Assembly: GCA_900546365.1 (NCBI GenBank)
Contig: URCF01000006.1
Location: 18,294 to 82,293 of the forward strand
Source of the DNA: an uncultured Porphyromonadaceae bacterium
Lineage (GTDB): Bacteria > Bacteroidota > Bacteroidia > Bacteroidales > Muribaculaceae
DNA: 64,000 nucleotides
Direction of reading: 5' to 3'
Each line of letters starts with the position of its first letter. Position 1 is the stretch's first letter. A program made the position numbers and the translations under genes. The notes under the pieces were generated by a model, which saw only the letters and a list, made by a program, of their open reading frames with translations, ran no database searches and was not told where the DNA came from. This document shows, in pieces, positions 21,476 through 31,310 of this stretch.

Positions 21476-22273
21476 TTATTCAGCCACCGGAGCGTTGGGG
21501 CATTGAACGCAGCCAACGGTGTTGGCATCAGCACCCTCGGAGGCGTACTCAACATACTGCTCCAGGAGAGCGGGGCATTTGAGGTATGCCTTGTTATTGG
21601 CATTGACAGTGAACACAACAGCCTGGGCGATGAACAGAGCCACCACGATGGAAGTCCACCAGCAGGCAATGCTCTTGAGGCGGGGCAACCAGATGTCGTT
21701 TTCCCAGCCGCAGCTCTGGAACATGCTCCAGAAGCCATGGTTCATGTGGAACCAGAGAGCCACAAAGCCAATCACATACACCACGGGAGTCCACCACTGC
21801 GAGAAAGCAGCCTGAATGAACAGGGTGCCGGCCTGGGGAGGCACGGGAAGACCGTCGATAGTGGCCGGGCAGTGCATGATTTCTGCAAGCTGCATCTTGG
21901 CCCAGAACTGGATGAGGTGAAGAACGAGGAAGGCCAGAATCACGATGCCGAGCACCAGCATGTTCTGCGAGGACCATTCCACCCCTTTGGGCTTGGTCAC
22001 CACAGCATAGCGGTCGGCGCCGCGGGCTTTACGGTTCTGGAGAGTTAACCACACTGCATAGCAGATGTGGATGATGAATAAAGCAGCCAAACCCATTGAT
22101 GCCACTAAAGCATACCAGTTGGCGCCCAGGAAATTGCAAATCTCGTTATAAGCACTCGGCCAGAAGATTGCAACACCGTTCATCACACAGTGAAAGGTCA
22201 CAAAAAGGACCAAGCAGGCTCCGGTAATTGCCATTACGAGCTTGCGTCCTACAGATGAGCTTGTTAACCACAT
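21476..22273 (-). CDS. sdhC: Succinate dehydrogenase/fumarate reductase cytochrome b subunit
   Basis: MWLTSSSVGRKLVMAITG; five TM segments with heme-ligand histidines (FHCVMN, IHICYA, LHLIQFW, FHMNHGFWS). Confidence 0.94.
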   Translation of the reverse strand: MWLTSSSVGRKLVMAITGACLVLFVTFHCVMNGVAIFWPSAYNEICNFLGANWYALVASMGLAALFIIHICYAVWLTLQNRKARGADRYAVVTKPKGVEWSSQNMLVLGIVILAFLVLHLIQFWAKMQLAEIMHCPATIDGLPVPPQAGTLFIQAAFSQWWTPVVYVIGFVALWFHMNHGFWSMFQSCGWENDIWLPRLKSIACWWTSIVVALFIAQAVVFTVNANNKAYLKCPALLEQYVEYASEGADANTVGCVQCPNAPVAE

Positions 22274-22437
22274 AGCGTTTCTGAATTTTTTAAGGTTATT
22301 GTTGATTATTGGATGTAGTCTATCGCTAATTAACTGCAAATTTAATGCAATTTAACGAACCAAGCCAACAATTACGGAAAAAAATCTCCATAATCCACCC
22401 CTTTTACTCTTTTTTCATGATTACCTTTGTACCCGTC

Positions 22438-23550
22438 ATGACACGCAACACCACCATATCCATACTCAAAGGCATAGCCATAATCCTAATGGTCATAGGC
22501 CATGCTGAAGCCCCGGAGCTGCTCACCAATTTCATCTACACATTCCATATGCCGCTGTTTTTCATGGCGGCAGGGGATTTTTTCGACCGCAAGTATCTTG
22601 CCTCGCCCGCCACTTTTGTCTCCAAGCGCATCAAGGGGCTCTACATCCCATTCCTGAAATGGAGCATTCTATTTCTGCTGCTCCACAACGTGTGGCACCA
22701 CTTCGGCATACTCAACGAATCGTTCGGCAACTGGACCGGCGGCGTCACCCACCCCTACACACTCAAAACCGCCGCCACACGGCTCATGCTGATCATCACA
22801 TCCATGAGCGGCTATGACGAGTTCATTGCCGGAGCATTCTGGTTTTTCAGGGGGCTGCTGGTGGCAAGCGTCATGTTTCTGCTGCTTTACAAAGCGATTG
22901 ACTCCACAGGCCGCTTCTCGCCCAACGGAGCCGTGCTCACCATCTGCCTTGCAGCCGTGGGATTCACAGCATGGCACATATATTGCGGGGCAAAACTCCC
23001 CATCCCCAACGGCGGGTGGCGCGAGACATGGGGAGTGTTCTTTTTCGGCGCGGGGGTGCTGTTCCGGCAGTATCAGCCCGCCATCAGGCAGCATTGGGGT
23101 TTGTGCACGCTATATTTTCTGCTGCTTTGCGGAGCTGCATGGCTCCACCTGTCGGGAATGAACAACCGCGGGCTGTGGCGCGATCTCTGGTCCCTTCCCC
23201 TCACCGGCACTCTCGGCTTCCTGATGGTGCATTACATCGCCTCGCTCATCGACCGCCACGACAACCGACTGCGCTCGCTGCTGGTGTTCATCGGCAACAA
23301 CACCATGAGCATCTTCGTGTGGCATATCCTCGCCTTCAAGGCCGTGAGCCTCATCAAGATATGGCACTACGGCCTCGAATGGGAGCAGATAGGATGCCAC
23401 ATGGTGGTTCACCACGCCAACCACTCCGACCTCTACTGGGTGCTCTACTCCGTGGCCGGCGTCGCCATCCCCCTGCTTGTCACCCTCGCCTGGCGCCGCC
23501 TGCGCCGAAAAGCAGCGGGCACCGACACAGCCGTGTCAATGCCCGCATGA
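22438..23550 (+). CDS. Acyltransferase family 3 membrane protein (O-acetyltransferase-like)
   Basis: ILKGIAIILMVIGH, FIYTFHMPLFF, multiple TM segments; start set at ATG 22438 after TACCTTTG. Confidence 0.9.
   Translation: MTRNTTISILKGIAIILMVIGHAEAPELLTNFIYTFHMPLFFMAAGDFFDRKYLASPATFVSKRIKGLYIPFLKWSILFLLLHNVWHHFGILNESFGNWTGGVTHPYTLKTAATRLMLIITSMSGYDEFIAGAFWFFRGLLVASVMFLLLYKAIDSTGRFSPNGAVLTICLAAVGFTAWHIYCGAKLPIPNGGWRETWGVFFFGAGVLFRQYQPAIRQHWGLCTLYFLLLCGAAWLHLSGMNNRGLWRDLWSLPLTGTLGFLMVHYIASLIDRHDNRLRSLLVFIGNNTMSIFVWHILAFKAVSLIKIWHYGLEWEQIGCHMVVHHANHSDLYWVLYSVAGVAIPLLVTLAWRRLRRKAAGTDTAVSMPA
23498..23550 (+). repeat. 53-bp direct repeat, copy 1 (3' end of acyltransferase gene)
   Basis: gcctgcgccgaaaagcagcgggcaccgacacagccgtgtcaatgcccgcatga; 52/53 identical to 24192-24244. 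Confidence 0.95.
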
Positions 23551-23578
23551 ATGGGGGAAAGATATAACATCTCATTCG

Positions 23579-24046
23579 TTAAATTTTTCTGAGAACAATT
23601 CTACTATAAAGTTCCCATGAATGCCCTTGATAACTTTGCTTCTCTGATTGCTCAATTTCCAGCACTGATGAAGTTAGTGTCAATACCTTTACAAAACCGG
23701 CTTGGCCCGGATACTCCGGGTTGGACAAATATAATTTGCCATCTTCATATCTATAGTTCATAGAACCATCAAATTCCCAATCATCGTTATAGGAATCATA
23801 TTTATAACTTGAGACAGTGCCATCGGATGCAAAGACAATCCTAAGGCGCGTATAATCCTCCCATTCCTCGCTGTCTCCGGAATCCATCACACCATCGTTT
23901 TTCTCCCAATAGATTCGCCTTTCGCTCTGCCATGTGCCGATAAGCTCCCCTGCATTGTTGTTTTCGTTATCGTCATCGCTACATGAGCTAAACACAAAGA
24001 GGCACATCAGCATCGCCATTATGCCCGATAATTTCAATAGTTTCAT
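23579..24046 (-). CDS. Lipocalin-like lipoprotein
   Basis: Lipobox FSSC followed by acidic SDDDNE; LIGTWQ lipocalin motif; AT-richer than its flanks. Confidence 0.85.
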   Translation of the reverse strand: MKLLKLSGIMAMLMCLFVFSSCSDDDNENNNAGELIGTWQSERRIYWEKNDGVMDSGDSEEWEDYTRLRIVFASDGTVSSYKYDSYNDDWEFDGSMNYRYEDGKLYLSNPEYPGQAGFVKVLTLTSSVLEIEQSEKQSYQGHSWELYSRIVLRKI

Positions 24047-24191
24047 ACTAAAAATTTGATTAATTGGTTTCAAAAATGCAAAATTAACACACAATCAATC
24101 ATTTACCCCCCCCCATTGTTAATTTTTGTTAACAAAATGTGGGCTTTGTTATTTTTACAAACCACAGCCCTTAACTTGCTCGACACTGTCT

Positions 24192-24244
24192 GCCTGCACC
24201 GAAAAGCAGCGGGCACCGACACAGCCGTGTCAATGCCCGCATGA
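24192..24244 (+). repeat. 53-bp direct repeat, copy 2
   Basis: gcctgcaccgaaaagcagcgggcaccgacacagccgtgtcaatgcccgcatga. Confidence 0.95.
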
Positions 24245-24276
24245 TGGTGCGTATAGTCGTATAATGTCTTTATCCT

Positions 24277-24771
24277 TCAGGATTTGTGGATGAGGGCTGT
24301 GGCCATGGCAGCAATGCCTTCCTTGCGTCCTGTGAATCCAAGCTTCTCAGTAGTGGTTGCTTTCACAGACACCCTGTCGATATCCACTTTCAAGTCGCAG
24401 GCAATGTTTTGCCGCATCTGCTCTATGTACGGGAGCATCTTGGGTGCCTGGGCTATGATGGTGATATCGGCGTTGCCTACAACAAACCCATTGGTTGCCA
24501 ACAGATCCACCACCTTGCGTAGCAGCACACGCGAGTCGGCGCCTTCCCATTCGGCGCCGGTGTCGGGAAAATGATAGCCGATGTCGCGCATGGCGGCTGC
24601 TCCGAGCAGCGCGTCGGCCAACGCATGAAGTGCCACATCGGCGTCGCTGTGGCCCAGCAATCCAAGTTCGTATGGAATCTCCACACCGCACACCACCAGG
24701 CGGCGGTTTTCGGCAAAGCGGTGCACATCAAACCCGCTGCCAACCCTTATGTCGGGAATTGTGACGCTCAT
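24277..24771 (-). CDS. ispF: 2-C-methyl-D-erythritol 2,4-cyclodiphosphate synthase
   Basis: [40 protein letters not shown]. Confidence 0.98.
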   Translation of the reverse strand: MSVTIPDIRVGSGFDVHRFAENRRLVVCGVEIPYELGLLGHSDADVALHALADALLGAAAMRDIGYHFPDTGAEWEGADSRVLLRKVVDLLATNGFVVGNADITIIAQAPKMLPYIEQMRQNIACDLKVDIDRVSVKATTTEKLGFTGRKEGIAAMATALIHKS

Positions 24772-25982
24772 CGTTTGCCAAGCAGCTCCTTGAGGCCGTC
24801 CATATCAAAGGTGAGAGTGAAGCGGAGTGTCTGGTCAAGCGGAGAGGATTGCGCGGTGGCAATCATATAGGCGGCATCAAGGCGCACCACGTTGAGCGAG
24901 AATCCGGCACCCATACTGAAATATTTGCGGTTACCTTTCATGGCGCTCTCATAGTTGTAGCCGGCACGCACAAAGAACTGCTGGTTGTAGTTGTACTCCG
25001 CGCCGAGACTCCAGTTGATCTCTTTCAGCTCCTCCTTGAAGCCGCCGGGAGCGTCACCGAAAGACTTGAAGATACCTGTGATAGGCGACATATTCTCCCA
25101 TTTCTCAAGTGCTTCATCGTACTCGCGGTCCACATCGAGCTCATCCTTTCCTTCGCCTTCGTAATCTTTACGACGGGGACGGGTGGGCACGAGCATCTTG
25201 TTGAGGTCAAGGTTGACAGCGAGGTTGTGATAGTCGGCCAGCGGAAACATGAACGAGGTGCCGATACGGAGATTGGTGGGAAGAAATGCTGGATCGTTGC
25301 CGTTGTTGTACGACACCTTGGTACCGATATTGGAGATGTTCCAACCCCACGCCCACTGACATTCGTTGCGGCCCACCATCGGGTAGGTCACGAAATAACC
25401 GGCGATGTCGGCGGCAAAGGCACTTGCACCGGAACTTTGGTCACCCGCATAGGAGTCGGAAAAACCGAGGTCGGAGTAGATGTAGCGGAACACCACGCCC
25501 ATGGAGAATTTCTCACTCAGCTTTCGCGAATAGCCTATATCAAACGACATTTCGTAGGGGTTCAATGTTTGTGCGGCGGCATAGTTGTCGGGGTTGTTGG
25601 TGGTCACCTCACCGAGCGAGAAATAGCGCAGGGAGGCCGACACAGCCTGATTGTCGCCCGATCCTATCTTCCAGTAACCGGCAAGGTTGGCCAGGAAAAT
25701 GTCGTTGACCAACTTGCGCAGCCAGGGGGTGTAGCTGATACTTGCCGCGGCGGTGCTGTAGGCAAACGCATATTTCGAGGGGTTCCAGTATTGCGAGTTG
25801 GCATCGGGGTCGGTGGCTGCGCCGAGGTCACCCATCGACGCACCGCGTGCATCGGGAGCGATGCTGAGCGAAGTGACACCGGTCTGCACCGGATTGAAGT
25901 CATCCTTGTCCTGCGCATAGAGGCCGGGCACTGCCACAAGCACGCCGAGAGCCACGCATATTGCCTTGAGAATATTGTTCAT
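24768..25982 (-). CDS. porV: Type IX secretion system outer membrane protein PorV
   Basis: [53 protein letters not shown]; adjacent to ispF; start trimmed to 25982. Confidence 0.93.
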   Translation of the reverse strand: MNNILKAICVALGVLVAVPGLYAQDKDDFNPVQTGVTSLSIAPDARGASMGDLGAATDPDANSQYWNPSKYAFAYSTAAASISYTPWLRKLVNDIFLANLAGYWKIGSGDNQAVSASLRYFSLGEVTTNNPDNYAAAQTLNPYEMSFDIGYSRKLSEKFSMGVVFRYIYSDLGFSDSYAGDQSSGASAFAADIAGYFVTYPMVGRNECQWAWGWNISNIGTKVSYNNGNDPAFLPTNLRIGTSFMFPLADYHNLAVNLDLNKMLVPTRPRRKDYEGEGKDELDVDREYDEALEKWENMSPITGIFKSFGDAPGGFKEELKEINWSLGAEYNYNQQFFVRAGYNYESAMKGNRKYFSMGAGFSLNVVRLDAAYMIATAQSSPLDQTLRFTLTFDMDGLKELLGKR

Positions 25983-26073
25983 TGATGGTGGTATAATCGA
26001 TATTGATGTTGTGCAACAAGATAGTTTATCAATTATATAACTCCAAACGGTGCGGATTATTGCCACGCCGGGT

Positions 26074-26110
26074 AAAAAACAAGCGTGCGCCCCTGTGGAG
26101 GAACGCACGC
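26074..26110 (-). terminator. Intrinsic terminator after korB
   Basis: Minus strand GCGTGCGTTCCT-CCAC-AGGGGCGCACGC then TTGTTTTTT. Confidence 0.75.
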
Positions 26111-26135
26111 GTTATATTAGTATGCATGGCTGAAG

Positions 26136-27149
26136 TCACTTCACTTCCCAGGTCTCGCCGGCAAGAATCATGGAGCGGAGTGAGTCAAACCCTTTCTTGG
26201 CTCTCACCTCTTCCACCTGACGGTCCACCTCGTCATTGTAGGTGGGGGCGTCCACATCGCGAATCACGCCGATGGCCAAAGGAAGTTCCCTTCCGTCCAT
26301 CATAGCCAGCTGCTGATGGAGGAAATTGCTCGGGGTGTGGGCATCATGCACCAGCACATCGTCGATGGTGTAGCCGTCCTTGCCCACCTCCACAGCCTTG
26401 AGGAGGAACCCGTTCTGCACCAGTCCCATCTCCTTGTTTTTGCCGAAGAGCATCTTCTCTCCGTGCACCAGATGGATGGTGCGCTCGGCGCGGTGCTCGC
26501 GGTCGGTGATGAAGTTATGGACACCGTTGTTGAAAATCACACAGTTCTGGAGCAGCTCCACCACCGAAGTGCCTTTGTGTAGCGCGGCGGCGGTGAGCAC
26601 CTCCTGCGACACCCCAAGCTCCACATCGATGGTGCGGGCAAAGAAGTTGCCGCGTGCACCAAACACCAGTTCGGCGGGGATGAAGGGGTCCTCGGTGGTG
26701 CCGTAAGGCGAGGATTTGGACACAAAGCCGCGGTCGGAGGTAGGCGAATACTGTCCTTTTGTGAGACCGTAGATTTTGTTGTTGAGCAGCAGCATGTTGA
26801 TGTCGATGTTGCGTCGTACGGCATGAATGAAATGGTTGCCGCCGATGGCCAGGCCGTCGCCGTCGCCCGAAATCTGCCATACGGTCATCTCCGGGTTGGC
26901 CACCTTGAAGCCTGTGGCGATGGCAGCCGCACGGCCATGAATGGTGTGAAACCCATAGGTGTTCATATAGTAGGGCAAGCGCGAGGAACAGCCAATGCCC
27001 GAAATCACAGCAGTTTTATGAGGTGCCACACCCACAGCGGCCATAGCCTTGTGGAGGGAGTTGAGAATAGCGTGGTCGCCACAACCGGGGCACCAGCGCA
27101 CCGGTTGGTCGCTCTTATAATTGGCGGGGGTATATTGCTGATTGTCCAT
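26136..27149 (-). CDS. korB: 2-oxoacid:ferredoxin oxidoreductase beta subunit
   Basis: WCPGCGD, SGIGCSSR, GDGDGLAIGGNH TPP motif, YGLTKGQYSPT. Confidence 0.94.
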   Translation of the reverse strand: MDNQQYTPANYKSDQPVRWCPGCGDHAILNSLHKAMAAVGVAPHKTAVISGIGCSSRLPYYMNTYGFHTIHGRAAAIATGFKVANPEMTVWQISGDGDGLAIGGNHFIHAVRRNIDINMLLLNNKIYGLTKGQYSPTSDRGFVSKSSPYGTTEDPFIPAELVFGARGNFFARTIDVELGVSQEVLTAAALHKGTSVVELLQNCVIFNNGVHNFITDREHRAERTIHLVHGEKMLFGKNKEMGLVQNGFLLKAVEVGKDGYTIDDVLVHDAHTPSNFLHQQLAMMDGRELPLAIGVIRDVDAPTYNDEVDRQVEEVRAKKGFDSLRSMILAGETWEVK

Positions 27150-27157
27150 CGGTTCTG

Positions 27158-29008
27158 TTATTTATTCATTATTTGAAGCATTGCGTCAATAATCTCTTTG
27201 ACCAGGAACGGCTGTCCCTGCACCTTGTTGATGCGCTCGATATGCACGCCGGGGAATTTGCCCTGCAGATAGTCGGCAAACTGTCCGGTGTTGAGCTCAG
27301 CCACCACCACGGTTTTGAACTTGCCAAGCAGCTCGGCAGTGTTGGCCGGGAGGGGATTGATATAGCGGAAATGAGTGAACGCCACCTTTTTGCCGGCTTT
27401 TCTAAGTTCGGCAGCGGCGGTGCGCAGATGTCCGTATGTACCACCCCATCCGGTGAGCAGGATATCGGCATCCTCATCGCCGAGCAGCTCAAGAGCAGGG
27501 ATATCGTCGGCTATGCGGGCAATCTTCTCCTTGCGGGTGTACACCATCTTCTCATGATTGGCGGCATCGGTGCTGATAGCTCCGGTGAGATAATCTTTCT
27601 CCAAACCTCCCAGACGGTGTGCGGCACCCTCGGTGCCGGGAATAGCCCAGTAGCGCACCTTGTTGTCCTCGCGGCGTTCGTATGGACGCCATCCGCCGGC
27701 ATCGATACGCTCCTGCGGCAAGTATGGCGGCTTGATGGCGGGATATTCATCAGCCTCGGGAACACGCCATGCGGATGAACCGTTGCCGATGAACGCATCG
27801 CTCAGCAGAATCACCGGAGTCATGTGCTCCATGGCGATTCTTGCGGCCTCGAACGCCATGGTGAAGCAATCGGTGGGGCTTGCCGGAGCCACCACGCACA
27901 CGGGCGACTCACCGTTGCGGCCATACAGGGCCTGCATGAGGTCGGTCTGTTCGGTCTTGGTGGGCAAGCCGGTGGAAGGGCCGCCGCGCTGCACATCAAT
28001 CACCACGAGCGGAAGCTCTGCAATCACAGCAAGGCCGATACCTTCGCTTTTCAGCGCGAGGCCGGGGCCGGAGGTGGAAGTGACAGCCAGATCGCCGGCA
28101 AACGAGGCACCGATGGCCGAGCAAACGCCTGCAATCTCGTCCTCCATCTGCACAGCCTTCACACCCAAATCCTTGCGTTTGGCCAGCTCATGGAGAATGT
28201 CGGTGGCGGGAGTGATGGGATAGCTGCCGAGGAACAGCGGCCGGCCACTCTTTTCGGAAGCCATAATCAAGCCCCAGGCGGTGGCGGTGTTGCCGTTGAT
28301 GTCGGTGTAAACACCCGGGCGGGCAGCCTCGCTCTCAACGCGATAGGTGCTCACCCCGGCATGTATGTTGCTGCCGTAGTCGAAGCCGGACTGAAGCACC
28401 TTGGCATTGGCCTCATAGATGGCCGGCTTTTTGGCAAATTTGTTTTTCAAGAATTTAAGCACACTCTCCATCGGGCGGTCGAACAGCCAGCACACCAGAC
28501 CGAGCGCGAAGAAGTTGCGGCACTTGAGCACACTCTTGTTGTCGAGTCCGGAACCCTCGAGAGCGGCCTTGGTCATGGATGTGACGGGCACCTCGAGCAC
28601 CTGAGCGGTGATTCCGAGCTCCTTGATGGGGTCATCGGTGGCATAAAGAGCCTTCTTGAGGTCGGCTTCCTTGAACGAGTCGATGTCAAGGATTATCACA
28701 CCGCCATGCTTCACATAGCGTGCGTTCTGCTTCAGCGCGGCTGCATTCATCGCCACAAGCACATCACATTGGTCGCCGGGAGTGTGAACCCCCTTGCCCA
28801 CGCTCACCTGGAATCCCGACACACCGCCGAGCGAACCCTGCGGGGCGCGGATTTCAGCCGGATAATCGGGAAAGGTGGACACCTCGTTGCCCAAGCCGGC
28901 CGACACATTGGTGAAGATATTACCCACAAGCTGCATTCCGTCGCCCGAGTCGCCCGAGAAACGAACCACAACCTTGTTAAGTGTCTTAACTTTGGTTTCT
29001 TCTAACAT
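27158..29008 (-). CDS. korA: 2-oxoacid:ferredoxin oxidoreductase alpha subunit
   Basis: FSGDSGDGMQL, GSYPITPATD, EDEIAG, QRGGPSTGLPTKTEQ. Confidence 0.94.
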   Translation of the reverse strand: MLEETKVKTLNKVVVRFSGDSGDGMQLVGNIFTNVSAGLGNEVSTFPDYPAEIRAPQGSLGGVSGFQVSVGKGVHTPGDQCDVLVAMNAAALKQNARYVKHGGVIILDIDSFKEADLKKALYATDDPIKELGITAQVLEVPVTSMTKAALEGSGLDNKSVLKCRNFFALGLVCWLFDRPMESVLKFLKNKFAKKPAIYEANAKVLQSGFDYGSNIHAGVSTYRVESEAARPGVYTDINGNTATAWGLIMASEKSGRPLFLGSYPITPATDILHELAKRKDLGVKAVQMEDEIAGVCSAIGASFAGDLAVTSTSGPGLALKSEGIGLAVIAELPLVVIDVQRGGPSTGLPTKTEQTDLMQALYGRNGESPVCVVAPASPTDCFTMAFEAARIAMEHMTPVILLSDAFIGNGSSAWRVPEADEYPAIKPPYLPQERIDAGGWRPYERREDNKVRYWAIPGTEGAAHRLGGLEKDYLTGAISTDAANHEKMVYTRKEKIARIADDIPALELLGDEDADILLTGWGGTYGHLRTAAAELRKAGKKVAFTHFRYINPLPANTAELLGKFKTVVVAELNTGQFADYLQGKFPGVHIERINKVQGQPFLVKEIIDAMLQIMNK

Positions 29009-29117
29009 GATTATTTATGCGGATTTTATTTATTTTTTCTTGGTATTAGCTAATTGCACGGCAAATATATTGAATATTTATCATTCGGCAATAATTTTTT
29101 CGTCCGCCTTGATGGCA

Positions 29118-30476
29118 CTATTCCGACCTGTTCACGCCCAAGAAGCGGAGGGGGAGTCCGTGGACGCTGCTGAGAATGGTGCCCTGGGAATAGACTGTGC
29201 GTCCGTTAAGGATGGTCATCTCCACGCGGCAGTTGAGGGAGAGTCCCTCAAGGGGCGTCCAGCCGCAGCGGCTCACCACCCAGTCGGGGGTGATGGTGTA
29301 AGGTTCGCAATCGTCGTCGGCTATCACGAGGTCGGCGTAGTATCCCTCGCGGATAAATCCCCTGCGGTCAATGCCATACACCAGCGCGGGATTGTGGCAC
29401 ATGGCCTGCACTATCCGCTCGAGTGTGAATTCATGCTCGCTGCACATCTGCATCATCACGGGGAGCGAGAACTGAATCATCGGCATTCCGGACACGGCCT
29501 TCAGCACGCTCCCTTGCTTCTCCGCGGGCAGATGCGGGGCATGGTCGGTGGCGATGGTGTCGATCACGCTGTCGGCCACAGCGCGGCGGAGGGCATCCCT
29601 GTCCTCGGGGCGCTTTATGGCGGGATTGCACTTGATGCGCGATCCCATCACCGGGTATGCCTCATCCGTGAAGATGAGATATTGCGGGCATGTCTCGGCC
29701 GTGATGCGCTTCTTCTCCACCGGTCCGGGTGAGAAATACTGAAGCTCGTCGGCAGTGGAGATATGGCACACATGGAGCCGCGCTCCGGTGGCCTTTGCCA
29801 GCTCCACGGCAGCGGCGGTAGCACGGCGGCACACCTCATGGTTGCGTATCACGGGGTGGAAAGCTATCTCCAGCTCCTCGCCATAGCGGTCCACCACGGC
29901 CTTGCGACGCTCGGCTATGAGCTGCTCGTCCTCGGCGTGGACGGCAATAAGCGCGGGCACCTCGGTGAAGATACGTTTGATGATGCTGTTGTCATTGACA
30001 AGCATATTGCCCGTGGATGAGCCGAGAAACAGCTTAACGCCGGCACACCCGGAGTAGTCCACCTTGAGTAGGGTGTCGATATTGCTGTTGGTGGCGCCGA
30101 TGAAAAAACCGTAGTTGGCCGTAGCCACAGCAGCCGCACGCTCTTTTTTCTGCTCCAGAGCCTCGAGAGTGACAGTGGCGGGGTTGGTGTTGGGCATGTC
30201 GATGAAAGAGGTGACACCTCCGGCGGCAGCGGCATGGCTTTCGGTGGCCATATCACCCTTGTGGGTCAGCCCGGGGTCGCGGAAATGCACATGGGTGTCA
30301 ATCACACCGGGGAGTAGCAGTTTGCCGCGGGCATCAATCATGCGGTCGGCGGTCACATCTTCGGGCAGAGGCCCGCGCCCCACGCGGCTTATCAGCTCGC
30401 CGTCAACGAGCACCCAACCGTTGAACATTTCGCCTTCGTTGACAATCCGGGCGTTGTGAATCAGCATCGTAGCCAT
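29118..30476 (-). CDS. pyrC: Dihydroorotase
   Basis: PGVIDTHVHFRDPG, DMPNTNP, KCNPAIK, IATDHAPH. Confidence 0.93.
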   Translation of the reverse strand: MATMLIHNARIVNEGEMFNGWVLVDGELISRVGRGPLPEDVTADRMIDARGKLLLPGVIDTHVHFRDPGLTHKGDMATESHAAAAGGVTSFIDMPNTNPATVTLEALEQKKERAAAVATANYGFFIGATNSNIDTLLKVDYSGCAGVKLFLGSSTGNMLVNDNSIIKRIFTEVPALIAVHAEDEQLIAERRKAVVDRYGEELEIAFHPVIRNHEVCRRATAAAVELAKATGARLHVCHISTADELQYFSPGPVEKKRITAETCPQYLIFTDEAYPVMGSRIKCNPAIKRPEDRDALRRAVADSVIDTIATDHAPHLPAEKQGSVLKAVSGMPMIQFSLPVMMQMCSEHEFTLERIVQAMCHNPALVYGIDRRGFIREGYYADLVIADDDCEPYTITPDWVVSRCGWTPLEGLSLNCRVEMTILNGRTVYSQGTILSSVHGLPLRFLGVNRSE

Positions 30477-30479
30477 CTG

Positions 30480-31310
30480 TTATTGCACTTTTTTGTATTT
30501 ATTGCCGAGGCTGTCGAGCTTGAGGCGAATCACGCCAAACACAGCCTCGCTGAATATGCCGCTCGACATCTTGCTTGTGCCAAGCACACGGTTGACAAAC
30601 ACAATGGGCACCTCCTTGATATCGAATCCCATCTTGTAGGCGGTGAATTTCATCTCAATCTGGAATGCATACCCTTTGAAACGGATGGCATCGAGATCCA
30701 TAGCCTCGAGCACCCGGCGACGGTAGCATACAAACCCCGCGGTGGTGTCGCGCACCGGCATCCCGGTGACTATCCTCACGTATGCGCTGGCATAGTAGGA
30801 CATAAGCACACGCCCCATGGGCCAGTTCACCACATTGACGCCGGTGACATAACGCGAACCGATGGCCACATCGGCCCCCTCTTTGGCGCAAGCGTCATAG
30901 AGCGCCAGCAGGTCAGCGGGGTTGTGGGAAAAGTCGGCATCCATCTCAAACACATACTCATATTGCGGCCTCGCAAGTGCCCATTTGAAACCGGCGATAT
31001 AGGCTGTGCCGAGACCGAGCTTGCCTTTGCGCTCGAGCAGATGCACTCTGTCGGGCCATTGCTCCATCTTCTCGCGCACAATAGCGGCAGTGCCGTCGGG
31101 CGAGCCATCGTCAATCACCAGCAGATTGAAGCTGCGCGGCAACCGCATCACCGCATCGATGACTGCGGCGATATTCTCTTTTTCATTATAGGTGGGTATC
31201 AGCACCAAAGAGTCCACCTTGGCGGCATCCACATTCAGGTCGGGCTCGGGGAGTGGCTGAAAGAAATTCTTGCGATACATATTTATTATGGTATGTTTTT
31301 TGTCTGTCAA
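30480..31310 (-). CDS. Polyprenol monophosphomannose synthase (GT2, DPM1-like)
   Basis: IPTYNEKENI, DDGSPDGT, KLGLGTAY, EMDADFSH. Confidence 0.93.
   Translation of the reverse strand: MTDKKHTIINMYRKNFFQPLPEPDLNVDAAKVDSLVLIPTYNEKENIAAVIDAVMRLPRSFNLLVIDDGSPDGTAAIVREKMEQWPDRVHLLERKGKLGLGTAYIAGFKWALARPQYEYVFEMDADFSHNPADLLALYDACAKEGADVAIGSRYVTGVNVVNWPMGRVLMSYYASAYVRIVTGMPVRDTTAGFVCYRRRVLEAMDLDAIRFKGYAFQIEMKFTAYKMGFDIKEVPIVFVNRVLGTSKMSSGIFSEAVFGVIRLKLDSLGNKYKKVQ

Noticed and set aside
24056..24244. 62-aa ORF ending RKAAGTDTAVSMPA
   Set aside because: It is a by-product of the duplicated acyltransferase 3' end and overlaps the lipoprotein promoter.
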